From a virus (taxonomy: Duplodnaviria; Caudoviricetes), in the IMG/VR virus record IMGVR_UViG_3300037755_001323, positions 1-44,809 of that record: a stretch of 44,809 nucleotides of DNA; one strand, 5' to 3'. Below are positions 16,830 to 24,487 of the stretch, piece after piece. Below the pieces are notes generated by a model, which worked only from the letters and a program-made list of their open reading frames with translations, was not told where the DNA came from and searched no databases. A program made the position numbers and the translations under genes. Each line of letters starts with the position of its first letter. The stretch's first letter is position 1.

Positions 16830-17924
16830 CTAGAACAAGTCCAGCTGCCGCGTGGGCAGCTTGATGGCCGGCAGCCGAGCGATCAATTGTGCCTCGACGG
16901 CGTCGGTATCGAGGTAGAACGTGCTGGTCGTGCGTGCGCTGTGATGATCGAGCGTCCGCTGTGCGACGTCGCGGGCGTACTGGGCGCCCAGCTTCGCCAG
17001 TTCGGTGCCGTGCGTCCGCCGCCAGCCCTGGAAGTCGAGGATCTTGGCGGGCGGCACGCCGGCCAACCGCTGCAACTCCTCGTGCCGGTCGATCAGGTAT
17101 CGCCGGCAGTGCGGCAGCGCGAGTTCCCCGGCCGTCCGCTTGACCAGAAAAATGCCCTTCCTGGCCGGCCTGGCCAGCGCTTCGATCGCCGCGTGTGCGG
17201 TGGGGTGCAAAAACTTCTCCAGCGGCTTGCCTGTCTTCTCGACGATCGTGCCGGGCACGCCGATATACCAGCCGGGAAACCGCCCGCTCTCGGCGTCGTG
17301 ATAGGCCAGCATCGAGCGGCCCAGCGCCAAGACGGTGCCCAGCCGCAAGCCGGTATAGAACAGCAGCACGACCAGGGCGAACCACCACTTGTCCGGCGGC
17401 ACGGTCCACTGGCCGACCTCCCTGGGCGGCGGCAACCGAGACGTGGCGGCGGCCACTTCCAGCACACTGGCCAGCGCGAACGACGGTTTCGGCAAATGCC
17501 GACCGGGCCGGCCCACCCGCGCCTCGGACAGCTCGGCCACGAAGCCGCGCCGCCGCGCGGCCAGCAGCAGCGTGTGGATTTGCCGCTCGTGTTTGGTGCG
17601 CGTGCAGGATGCCAGCGGGCGGGTCTGGCCGCTTTTGCCGCGCACCCAGTGGGCCTCGCGCAGTCCGGTTTTGAATTGTGCCCAGCAGAACTCGTCGATG
17701 GCCGACATGGGCGGGTCGCCGGTGAGCCGCGCCCACCACTCCAAGCTTTCGCGGTAGCTGGTCACCGTGCCGGCGTGCCGGCCTTCGCCCACCAGCGCGA
17801 TGGGCACGAACCAATCGCGGCCGAACGTCGAGAGCGGATCGTCGCTCGCCACGCGAGCCTGATCTTGGCCGGGGGCGGCCTGAAACAGTTTGAGTTGCGG
17901 TCGGAGCTTGTGGGCAGTTTGCAT
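16830..17924 (-). CDS. int: Tyrosine recombinase / integrase
   Basis: FYTGLRLG (R), EKTGK (K), FQGWRRT (HxxR with H to Q), LDHHS (H), FY (Y); core-binding-like N-domain; GGGAG RBS. Confidence 0.9.
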   Translation of the reverse strand: MQTAHKLRPQLKLFQAAPGQDQARVASDDPLSTFGRDWFVPIALVGEGRHAGTVTSYRESLEWWARLTGDPPMSAIDEFCWAQFKTGLREAHWVRGKSGQTRPLASCTRTKHERQIHTLLLAARRRGFVAELSEARVGRPGRHLPKPSFALASVLEVAAATSRLPPPREVGQWTVPPDKWWFALVVLLFYTGLRLGTVLALGRSMLAYHDAESGRFPGWYIGVPGTIVEKTGKPLEKFLHPTAHAAIEALARPARKGIFLVKRTAGELALPHCRRYLIDRHEELQRLAGVPPAKILDFQGWRRTHGTELAKLGAQYARDVAQRTLDHHSARTTSTFYLDTDAVEAQLIARLPAIKLPTRQLDLF

Positions 17925-18307
17925 GGCGGCGTTCTCCCGTGCGGAGCGCGCCTGCCGACGTCCCTGTCCGACTCCATTCCACAAGCCCGCTTGTGAACAG
18001 GTCGATCCAACGCGCCGATCTCCACGGCCGCGCAACCGGAACCATAACGCATCCTCCGGGCGCACGCACGCCGGCCGCCGGAAGTTCCTGCGAATACGAA
18101 CTTCCGGGCGTGCCGGCGCTGAGGTCTGGCGGGGTCTGCCGTGCGTTTCCGTGATAGAACCGCGCGCGTTTAGCTCGCCAGGCGTGAGCCCCTACGAACT
18201 CGGGTTGCCAAAAGGCCGCGTCGCGCCAAAGTAGCGGAAACACACGACCTCGATCCAACTCGTACGGCGAAGTTAGACCGAGCGGCCGATTGGCCCGAGT
18301 GAGGGCC

Positions 18308-18337
18308 AAAAGAAAAGGGGCCACACGAAGTGGCCCC
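18308..18337 (-). terminator. Intrinsic terminator
   Basis: GGGGCCAC-TTCGT-GTGGCCCC-TTTTCTTTT. Confidence 0.85.
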
Positions 18338-18407
18338 GTTGTCGCATCGGAGAAGCTTCGCTACTTTCCACTTCGCGTGCGGCTCACTACGCCGCACGTT
18401 CAGCGGG
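18308..18407 (-). ncRNA. About 100-nt leader/small RNA with two loops (GUAGUGAG, AAAGUAGCGAA)
   Basis: Bounded by a consensus promoter and a terminator; its loops are complementary to boxes upstream and downstream. Confidence 0.65.
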
Positions 18408-18413
18408 ATGGCG

Positions 18414-18442
18414 ATTGTGCGCCCCGCTATGCCGCTTGTCAA
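18414..18442 (-). promoter_or_regulatory. Sigma70-type promoter
   Basis: TTGACA-17 nt-CACAAT. Confidence 0.8.
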
Positions 18443-18479
18443 GCGGACTCAAAAAGATTTTCTCCGCGACGCGGAAACG

Positions 18480-18515
18480 AAAAAAATGCCCGCCCGGGTA
18501 GTGAGCCCGGGCGGG
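18480..18515 (-). terminator. Intrinsic terminator with loop CUCACUA
   Basis: CCCGCCCGGG-CTCACTA-CCCGGGCGGG-CA-T7. Confidence 0.8.
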
Positions 18516-18627
18516 ACTTCGTCGGCAGTCTGGCGCGCCGCTCCCAGTAGCGAAAAAAGAGCGGACGGCCGCGGGCCACCAACTTATTCTACGAGTTTTG
18601 CCAAGCCTTCCTCCTACCCGGCGTCTT

Positions 18628-18658
18628 TACAGCATCGGTGAAGTGCACCGATGCTGTA
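18628..18658. terminator. 13-bp perfect inverted repeat downstream of the tRNA fragments
   Basis: TACAGCATCGGTG-AAGTG-CACCGATGCTGTA. Confidence 0.6.
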
Positions 18659-18693
18659 GTTCTTCGAAACCCGTTGCCGCCAACGGCGTTCAG

Positions 18694-18745
18694 TACACCC
18701 CTCCCGACTCGAACGGGAAACCTTCGGTTCCGTAGGCCGAGGCTC
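18694..18745 (-). other. tRNA-Arg(ACG) 3' fragment (D-arm 3' strand to discriminator), attP-like core
   Basis: GAGC-C-TCGGC-CTACGGA-ACCGA-AGGTT-TCCCG-TTCGAGT-CGGGA-GGGGTGT-A; no 5' acceptor strand at the right distance. Confidence 0.8.
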
Positions 18746-18804
18746 CCCACAATCCTTGTCCCGATTTTGGACGCCACGCACAAGCCCGCCTGTTTCTATC
18801 GTAG

Positions 18805-18845
18805 AGGCGCCGGTGGGAGTCGAACCCACGATGGCGGATTTGCAA
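18805..18845 (-). other. tRNA-Cys(GCA) 3' half, probable attP core
   Basis: TTGCAAA-TCCGC-CATC-GTGGG-TTCGACT-CCCAC-CGGCGCC-T; homology starts at the anticodon loop, as is usual for tRNA-targeting integrases. Confidence 0.85.
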
Positions 18846-19097
18846 AACTGTGTCCGCCAGGCGGCGTCTGGGGCACCGTGGCGCGGCAATCGTGCGGGCT
18901 CCGGCACGCCGCCTAACGCGACGTGCGGCCGGGCGACCCATGGATCGGCCGGCTCGCAGATCGCGAATCCTGGGGCATCCTGGTGGCCGTTTTCCTGCCG
19001 GCCGGCGTCTAGAAATTGGACGCTCCGCACAAGTCCTTATTCGTTGGTCGGCGGCCGGCCGGCGACTGCCGACGCAAGTCGTTATTTCTCGGGTCGG

Positions 19098-19126
19098 TTG
19101 ACATGCCTACGGCCGTGCCGTACAAT
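19098..19126 (+). promoter_or_regulatory. Promoter with overlapping operator TACGGC-N3-GCCGTA (19108-19122)
   Basis: TTGACA-17 nt-TACAAT. Confidence 0.85.
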
Positions 19127-19149
19127 CGGCGGCGAAAGGAGACACCCCT

Positions 19150-19350
19150 ATGACACCACGACAGATTCAGCGGCTGCGGCACGAGCTGGGCGAGACGACC
19201 GCCGAGTTCGGCGGGCGCTTCTTGCGCGGGGGCCGGGCCGTCGAGGATTGGGAGCAGGGGCGCCGTCGCCCCGATCCGCTGGCCGCGGCGGAAATGGAGC
19301 GGATCGCCGAGCGTTTGGCACGCAAAAAATCCCGCAAACAATCGGCCTGA
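19150..19350 (+). CDS. XRE-family HTH regulator (66 aa)
   Basis: IQRLRHELGETTAEFG...RAVEDWEQGRRRP; AAGGAG RBS. Confidence 0.85.
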   Translation: MTPRQIQRLRHELGETTAEFGGRFLRGGRAVEDWEQGRRRPDPLAAAEMERIAERLARKKSRKQSA

Positions 19351-19354
19351 GGTA

Positions 19355-19382
19355 TTGACACGATACGGCACTGCCGTACAAT
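19355..19382 (+). promoter_or_regulatory. Promoter with overlapping operator TACGGC-N3-GCCGTA (19364-19378)
   Basis: TTGACA-16 nt-TACAAT. Confidence 0.8.
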
Positions 19383-19523
19383 GAGGTCATGCGAGGCAAA
19401 AAGCCCCGCAACTCGCCGACTGAGGGAGTCGGAGTGGCAGCCGGCGAAGCTGCCAGGACAAAACGATGCGAGATCAATATACGTTCGAAGCCAAAGTGAT
19501 CAGCAAGCGAAAGGCGGTGTTGC

Positions 19524-19745
19524 ATGAAGTTTTTCAAATGGACCGTGGAAATTGAGGTAGCGGATACTTGGGTCGAAGATGGATTTGATCTGACCGAGGA
19601 ACGCCTTGAGTCGATTCTCCAGCATGTCCTTCCGTATTCGTATTCGCACGAAACCAAAGGCAAAGTCCTCAAGGCCCCGGACTCCAAGACAATCAGGAAG
19701 CTCCAAGGATACGCTGTCGAAGCGGAAGTGGTGGACTGCTGTTAA
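19524..19745 (+). CDS. Small hypothetical protein
   Basis: 73-aa ORF (WTVEIEVADTWVEDGFDLT). Confidence 0.65.
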   Translation: MKFFKWTVEIEVADTWVEDGFDLTEERLESILQHVLPYSYSHETKGKVLKAPDSKTIRKLQGYAVEAEVVDCC

Positions 19746-19750
19746 GAGAA

Positions 19751-19790
19751 AAGATCGACAGGTCCCAAACCCCGCAGGAGAAAAACCATG
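19751..19790 (+). repeat. Repeated gene leader (second copy 20031-20070)
   Basis: AAGATCGA-N8-AAACCCCGCAGGAGAAAAACCATG; the last 24 nt are identical in both copies. Confidence 0.9.
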
Positions 19791-20027
19791 ACGACGGCAA
19801 TTGAAGCGGCGACGGCGGAGTTGGCTGTCCAGCACTTCGTTCGCTTGGCGCGGTGTAAACATGCTGGCGCCAGTGGCGGCGAAAAACGCGCCCGGCGGCT
19901 GGCGATTGCGCTGCTCGACAATCTGCCGGGTCTCGACGCCGAGGCGATCGACGGCATGATCGCCTTCCTCGACCTGGCGCAACATGCGCCCCAGACGGCG
20001 CGCACGCTGGTGGATGCCTGGGAGTAG
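19788..20027 (+). CDS. Small hypothetical protein
   Basis: AGGAG RBS within the repeated leader. Confidence 0.7.
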   Translation: MTTAIEAATAELAVQHFVRLARCKHAGASGGEKRARRLAIALLDNLPGLDAEAIDGMIAFLDLAQHAPQTARTLVDAWE

Positions 20028-20067
20028 GACAAGATCGAAGGGCCAGAAACCCCGCAGGAGAAAAACC

Positions 20068-20343
20068 ATGGAGACCAAAGAACAAGCTTCCAAAATCGCC
20101 GCCAGCCTGGCGGCACGCGGCGATGCAATGGAATGGCAGCCGCTCGACGAGATCGGCATCACGTACAAGCGTTCGGACTCGCGCTATGGCGGGCACTGGC
20201 GAGATGCCAATGGCAAGCGGATCGACACGGGCGCCGTCGCTTTGCTGGCCGGCGTATCGGCTGATCTTATTGCCCGCTGGGAAGACCAGGCCGACGACGA
20301 CTGGGAGCGCGAAACGGATGATCTGTACGATGACGATGTATGA
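20068..20343 (+). CDS. Small acidic-tailed hypothetical protein
   Basis: AGGAG RBS within the repeated leader. Confidence 0.7.
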   Translation: METKEQASKIAASLAARGDAMEWQPLDEIGITYKRSDSRYGGHWRDANGKRIDTGAVALLAGVSADLIARWEDQADDDWERETDDLYDDDV

Positions 20344-20451
20344 CCATGCCCGGGCAAACGGGCGTCCCGATTTGGGACTGGGTTCCCCGTCCGGTAGAGT
20401 AGGCGTGGCGCGCGGCCTGGCTCGATCGAACAACTCTCGAAGGGGAAGACC

Positions 20452-20901
20452 ATGACAAGCGAAGGCAGGTTACTGAGGCTGGAACGTGAAGCGCGGCTCT
20501 GGCGCATCGCTGCCATTGTCGCCGTCGTGGCGCTGGCGATCGCGGCCGCGCCGGGCACGAAAGACGGAAAATTTGGCAAGCTCGAAGTCTCGCGGCTCGT
20601 GGTCTCCGACCCCGCGCATCCCAATGCGTGGATCAGCCTCGATATTCGCGGGGGCGAGCCGCTGTTGATGCTGAGTCAAAACGAAAAGGGTGTTGCCGGT
20701 CTGTCGGTATCGAAAAATGGTGAGCCGACAATCTTGCTGAGTCAACGGGAAGAAATCCTGGCGCTCACAAGTCACTCGTTGCGAATTGAGAAATCCGGCC
20801 GGGATACAATGAAGCTCGCCAACAAAGAATCGGGAGGCGCTATGCTGATTCTGTACGACGGGCGTGGAAAGCCCGTGTGGCTCGAGCCGTTAACGGACTA
20901 G
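20452..20901 (+). CDS. Membrane-anchored/exported beta-rich protein
   Basis: N-terminal TM segment IAAIVAVVALAIAAA. Confidence 0.7.
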   Translation: MTSEGRLLRLEREARLWRIAAIVAVVALAIAAAPGTKDGKFGKLEVSRLVVSDPAHPNAWISLDIRGGEPLLMLSQNEKGVAGLSVSKNGEPTILLSQREEILALTSHSLRIEKSGRDTMKLANKESGGAMLILYDGRGKPVWLEPLTD

Positions 20902-20941
20902 TCGCCGTGGGCGGTAGAGTGGGCGTTAGGAGGGTGAAGTG

Positions 20942-21364
20942 ATGATGAGTAACCGGTTTGCAGAAGGCATAGCCTGCGCGATCGTTGCCTCGGTTGTGCT
21001 GTCTGGGTGTGGGGGCTCTGGTTACAGGCGAGCTGTGGCGGCCCACCGTTTCGAGCAGGCAGAATTAGAGAAGCTTCAGGGTCAGTACGAACGCTGGGCC
21101 GCTCTAGAGAATAAGAGGCGTCGGGAAGAGCTCAGCGGCAAGGAGCCGAACTCCCAGCTCACCCCAGATGAAATTGACGAGTGGGTCGGGGCGTTTGTGT
21201 CCATCTCCTGAGAGATGCCTCCTGAGGGGCCAGATTTTCTGCCCTCCGGGAAGGGAAAGTACGCCACCTGGCTCGTCGAGGCACACCGCCAATTTCGCGA
21301 TCGGCTATCGCTCCAAGAGCAGCGAGCCTATCAGGCTCAGGGGATCGTCGATCATTGGCCCTAG
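20942..21364 (+). pseudogene. Lipoprotein interrupted by an in-frame TGA (21209-21211)
   Basis: Lipobox LSGC; AGGAGG RBS; the same frame stays open for 50 more codons to TAG 21362-21364. Confidence 0.5.
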
Positions 21365-21393
21365 CCACCGGAGCGCCGCTTCACGGATTGACC

Positions 21394-21477
21394 ATGACCC
21401 GCGAGCAGCAAAAGTGGATCGCGCTGGCGGCGCTGGTGGCCCTCACGGCCCTGGCTGTCTGGCGGCTTCTTTTCTAG
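21394..21477 (+). CDS. 27-aa single-TM peptide
   Basis: MTREQQKWIALAALVALTALAVWRLLF; weak GGA RBS. Confidence 0.5.
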   Translation: MTREQQKWIALAALVALTALAVWRLLF

Positions 21478-21491
21478 CCTCCCGGCGCAAC

Positions 21492-21944
21492 CTAGCCCCG
21501 CACGCCGCGCAGCCCCAGCAAGAGACGGTGAAGCATCAGGCTGGACTCCAGTGAAACCATGCCACGAAGTCCCTTCACGCCGTAGTACAGGAGCGCTGGG
21601 GCGCGCGTGGAAAGTCCCTCTTTGGCTGCCTCGCGTTTTATGCGGGAAATAATTTCGGCGCGGTGTGACCAGCAGCCGAGCCAGCCCCAGGAATTCATCT
21701 TCAACCGATATGCCTCGCACGCCAATGCGTGTTTCGCCCGACCGGCTAGTGCGTGGCGGATAATCTCTTTCAATAGGTCGCCAGGCTGCGATGGCCAATT
21801 CGTCGCGGCGCGTCTGCACCGCCGATGTATTCGTGATAAATCGCCATTGAACGGAGCAAGGTCGTCCTCTGTGACCGGGAACGTGTACGCACAACGACGG
21901 CACACGATCGCTCCTCTACGCCGAACTGGAAAGCAGTTATTCAT
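21492..21944 (-). CDS. Cys-containing hypothetical protein at the end of the tail module
   Basis: ATGA-coupled to the upstream gene. Confidence 0.65.
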   Translation of the reverse strand: MNNCFPVRRRGAIVCRRCAYTFPVTEDDLAPFNGDLSRIHRRCRRAATNWPSQPGDLLKEIIRHALAGRAKHALACEAYRLKMNSWGWLGCWSHRAEIISRIKREAAKEGLSTRAPALLYYGVKGLRGMVSLESSLMLHRLLLGLRGVRG

Positions 21945-23107
21945 ACGGCATCGATTACGGCGGTAGCAAATATCGAATTACAATATGGGCCAGGATAGAG
22001 GTTGTTATGATTACCCGCTTCGCCATCGACTATATATCCAGAGAAGTCGCAATCCCTCAAATTTGGGTTGTCGCTCTCTACAAAAGCCGGACTAAAACTT
22101 CCCCGATCCACTGTACACGGGCCGATGTTAGTTAGACCAAGAGCAACAGTACCGCCGGTTTGCAACTGTAGTAATAAGCAATTCTCAGGGTTTCCGGTGC
22201 AACCGAGAGGGCCGAAAGGCGCCATCCATTCGCACAATCCGCTTGGTGGGTCCTGACCGTCAGAAGCAATTGCCGTAAGGTTCAGGAAATGAATTCCGTT
22301 TACGCTATCGCAATCGTCGCAACCAGAACCCGCAGAGTCGGTCATGCCGCTTATTGTGACTTTGTATTGCGCGTCCTGGCTATCAATGGGGTCGCACGCG
22401 GGGCACGGCTCAGACGATGCGCCGTAGCCACACTGAGGGCAATAGGGCTCTAGCGCCGATCGACCCCGTGTGAAAAAGAAGTTATTGAACGTCGCGGTGC
22501 CGGTGCCGGAGGCTTGCAAACCAGCTTGTTGGCCCTCGGGACTGCCGCCAATCCCGCGTGTAAGCAGGGGCTCGCCGTCTAGGTATGCCGTAATGCCATG
22601 ATCGGCTAGGCATACTTTTGCTGTGTACGTGGTGGAGGCGTCGATTGTGAGCGACCCAACCGACCCAACCGAATCGTGGGCTCCGCCGATCACCCTTACG
22701 ATCGTAATCGTTCCGCTTGATCCGGCACCAGTTGTGTATCTCACATAAAAGTAGTTGTTCGAGTCAGTGTATCCCACCACAACGTCGGTGTGCGACGTGT
22801 TCGCGCTTTTTGAAAAGTCAACCTCAACCGTCATGCGCGTTTCGGTCGGATGCGGCGCGGTGCAAACGGCCAGCCCTGCCGACGTGCAAACCAGCGAATT
22901 ACTGCTGATCGCCCACGCACCGCTTACCTCGGTCCATCCGCAAGGCGAACCGGTATCGATATCGGTGTCGTTGTCGCGGGTGAAATCATCTGCACAAATC
23001 TCGCAGTCGGCTTCGCCAGCGCAACAGCACCCGATCACATTCCCAAACACCGGCGCCAAAAACAGCACCGTCAACAGCAGGCTCCAGAAGGTAGGATCGA
23101 AGATCAT
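21941..23107 (-). CDS. Cys-rich tail tip/receptor-binding candidate with lectin-like beta domain
   Basis: CCC motif; DDFTR..WTEVSGAW lectin/glucanase-like segment; low-GC C-terminal part. Confidence 0.6.
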   Translation of the reverse strand: MIFDPTFWSLLLTVLFLAPVFGNVIGCCCAGEADCEICADDFTRDNDTDIDTGSPCGWTEVSGAWAISSNSLVCTSAGLAVCTAPHPTETRMTVEVDFSKSANTSHTDVVVGYTDSNNYFYVRYTTGAGSSGTITIVRVIGGAHDSVGSVGSLTIDASTTYTAKVCLADHGITAYLDGEPLLTRGIGGSPEGQQAGLQASGTGTATFNNFFFTRGRSALEPYCPQCGYGASSEPCPACDPIDSQDAQYKVTISGMTDSAGSGCDDCDSVNGIHFLNLTAIASDGQDPPSGLCEWMAPFGPLGCTGNPENCLLLQLQTGGTVALGLTNIGPCTVDRGSFSPAFVESDNPNLRDCDFSGYIVDGEAGNHNNLYPGPYCNSIFATAVIDAV

Positions 23108-23835
23108 GCGTTGCACTCCAGCGGCTCCAAAAGGCACACGTCGCCCATGGGCGTGATCTTGATGAAAAGCCCGCTGTCGATGTCGACTTTGGAATAGCCG
23201 TCGGGAACCGTCGTAAAGCCCGCGTCGGCCCCGCTGAAAATCCCACCCACCGTCGTATAGAACCGATAGGCCGTCGTGGCACTCGTGCCACCTGTCACCG
23301 CGCCGGTCGTCTTGCCGATCGCGCTGCCGATCTCCCGCAGGCTGCCGATCAGGATCTTGTTGGTCGCGTCGACCACGCCGTCGACCAGCGTGATCGCGGG
23401 GTAATTTTCGAACAGCTTCCAACTCCCCGGCTTCGGCCCGCCCGAATCCCCCGTCGCCGGCGTCCAGGCGGGCGACGAAGCCTCGTACAAAAACCGCCAG
23501 CCACCCTCCGGCATCTCGACAAACGCCACGTCGCCCTCCGCGATCGGCTGGTCGCCGTTGGGCAGGTAGCGGCGGACGAACGTGGCCGACGGCTTATCGA
23601 CCAGCAGCACGATGCCGCCCAACTCCTCGACGTGCGCCGCGCTCGAACCCACCACGGCCATCGCGCCATGCTCGGGAACCTCTTCGCCCGAGTCGTTGCG
23701 GACCCAAAAGCCGCCGGGCGTCGGCAGCACGAGCCCCGACCGTTGCGGCTCGATCCGCTCCGACCAGTTCTCCCAGCCCCGCGTGGCGCGGCCCACGCGG
23801 GCATGGTCTTTCTCGCTGAAACCAAACACGCCCAT
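23104..23835 (-). CDS. Minor tail protein
   Basis: Position in the tail module; VRNDSGEEVP motif. Confidence 0.6.
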   Translation of the reverse strand: MGVFGFSEKDHARVGRATRGWENWSERIEPQRSGLVLPTPGGFWVRNDSGEEVPEHGAMAVVGSSAAHVEELGGIVLLVDKPSATFVRRYLPNGDQPIAEGDVAFVEMPEGGWRFLYEASSPAWTPATGDSGGPKPGSWKLFENYPAITLVDGVVDATNKILIGSLREIGSAIGKTTGAVTGGTSATTAYRFYTTVGGIFSGADAGFTTVPDGYSKVDIDSGLFIKITPMGDVCLLEPLECNA

Positions 23836-23839
23836 CGCC

Positions 23840-24478
23840 TCAGCCCTTGATGTCGACCTGCGGCTCGATCCGCGTGATCAGCGGAATCATCACCCCGGCG
23901 TTGCCCGTGTCGCTGCCGGCGAACGACAGCCGGAAGATCAGCAGATCGCCCGGCGACAGCGTGGCCGCGTCGATCGTGAAATCCTGGTCCGCGGTCGTGG
24001 TGTCGTTGATGTCCGCCGCGCTGCCGGCGTACAGATCGGAGCCCACCGAGCCCTCGCCGTCCGAACGCCAGCACTCCACGTCCAGCGTCAGGGCGCCGTC
24101 GGCCACGGTCGTCAGAATGCCGGCGTGCACCCGCAGCCGCACCGATTGGCCGGCCTGATACTCGATCGGCAGCCGCCACTGAAAGGCGCACTTCTCGTCG
24201 CTCGAGGTGGCGCCGAAATCGACCCCCTGCAACGTCAGGTCGTCGGTGCCCGGCGTGCCGGTCACCAGCCCCATGTCGTCGTCCGCCGCCGCGGCGGGCA
24301 ACAGCGCGGCCATGTTGTCGTGAACCCGCACGCTGGAGAGCGGGATCGGGTAGCCGACAAAATCCTCTTGCGGCATCTGGTCGCGCGTCAGTCCCGTGAT
24401 CGTGTCGGCCACGATCGTGCTGGCGCGGACGCTGCGAAAGCGGGCGTCGACGTCCGCTCCGAATAGTGATCCCGGCAT
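23840..24478 (-). CDS. Minor tail/virion protein
   Basis: Position; acidic, beta-rich. Confidence 0.6.
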   Translation of the reverse strand: MPGSLFGADVDARFRSVRASTIVADTITGLTRDQMPQEDFVGYPIPLSSVRVHDNMAALLPAAAADDDMGLVTGTPGTDDLTLQGVDFGATSSDEKCAFQWRLPIEYQAGQSVRLRVHAGILTTVADGALTLDVECWRSDGEGSVGSDLYAGSAADINDTTTADQDFTIDAATLSPGDLLIFRLSFAGSDTGNAGVMIPLITRIEPQVDIKG

Positions 24479-24487
24479 GGCAGGCTC

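Noticed and set aside
16594-18324. N-terminal 577 codons of the 841-aa ORF 15799-18324
   Set aside because: Overlaps the integrase in another frame and is Arg/Ala/Gly-rich; the real gene starts at ATG 16593.
18694-18880. Intact phage tRNA genes
   Set aside because: Neither fragment has a correctly spaced 5' acceptor strand and D-arm; the GGTGCCC...GCGGA upstream of the Cys half gives wrong arm lengths.
16760-19110. 8-nt match between the R2 loop and the 19098 promoter (ATGCCTAC)
   Set aside because: Single short match with no equivalent for R1; expected by chance.
19410-19460. Hammerhead-like CTGAGGGAG...CGAAG in a structured leader
   Set aside because: Both core motifs deviate from CUGANGA and GAAA; no cleavage-site stem found.
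21209-21211. Genome-wide TGA recoding
   Set aside because: TGA is used as a normal stop in many ATGA-coupled genes.
21941-22450. Diversity-generating retroelement target in the tail-tip gene
   Set aside because: No reverse transcriptase and no template repeat seen.
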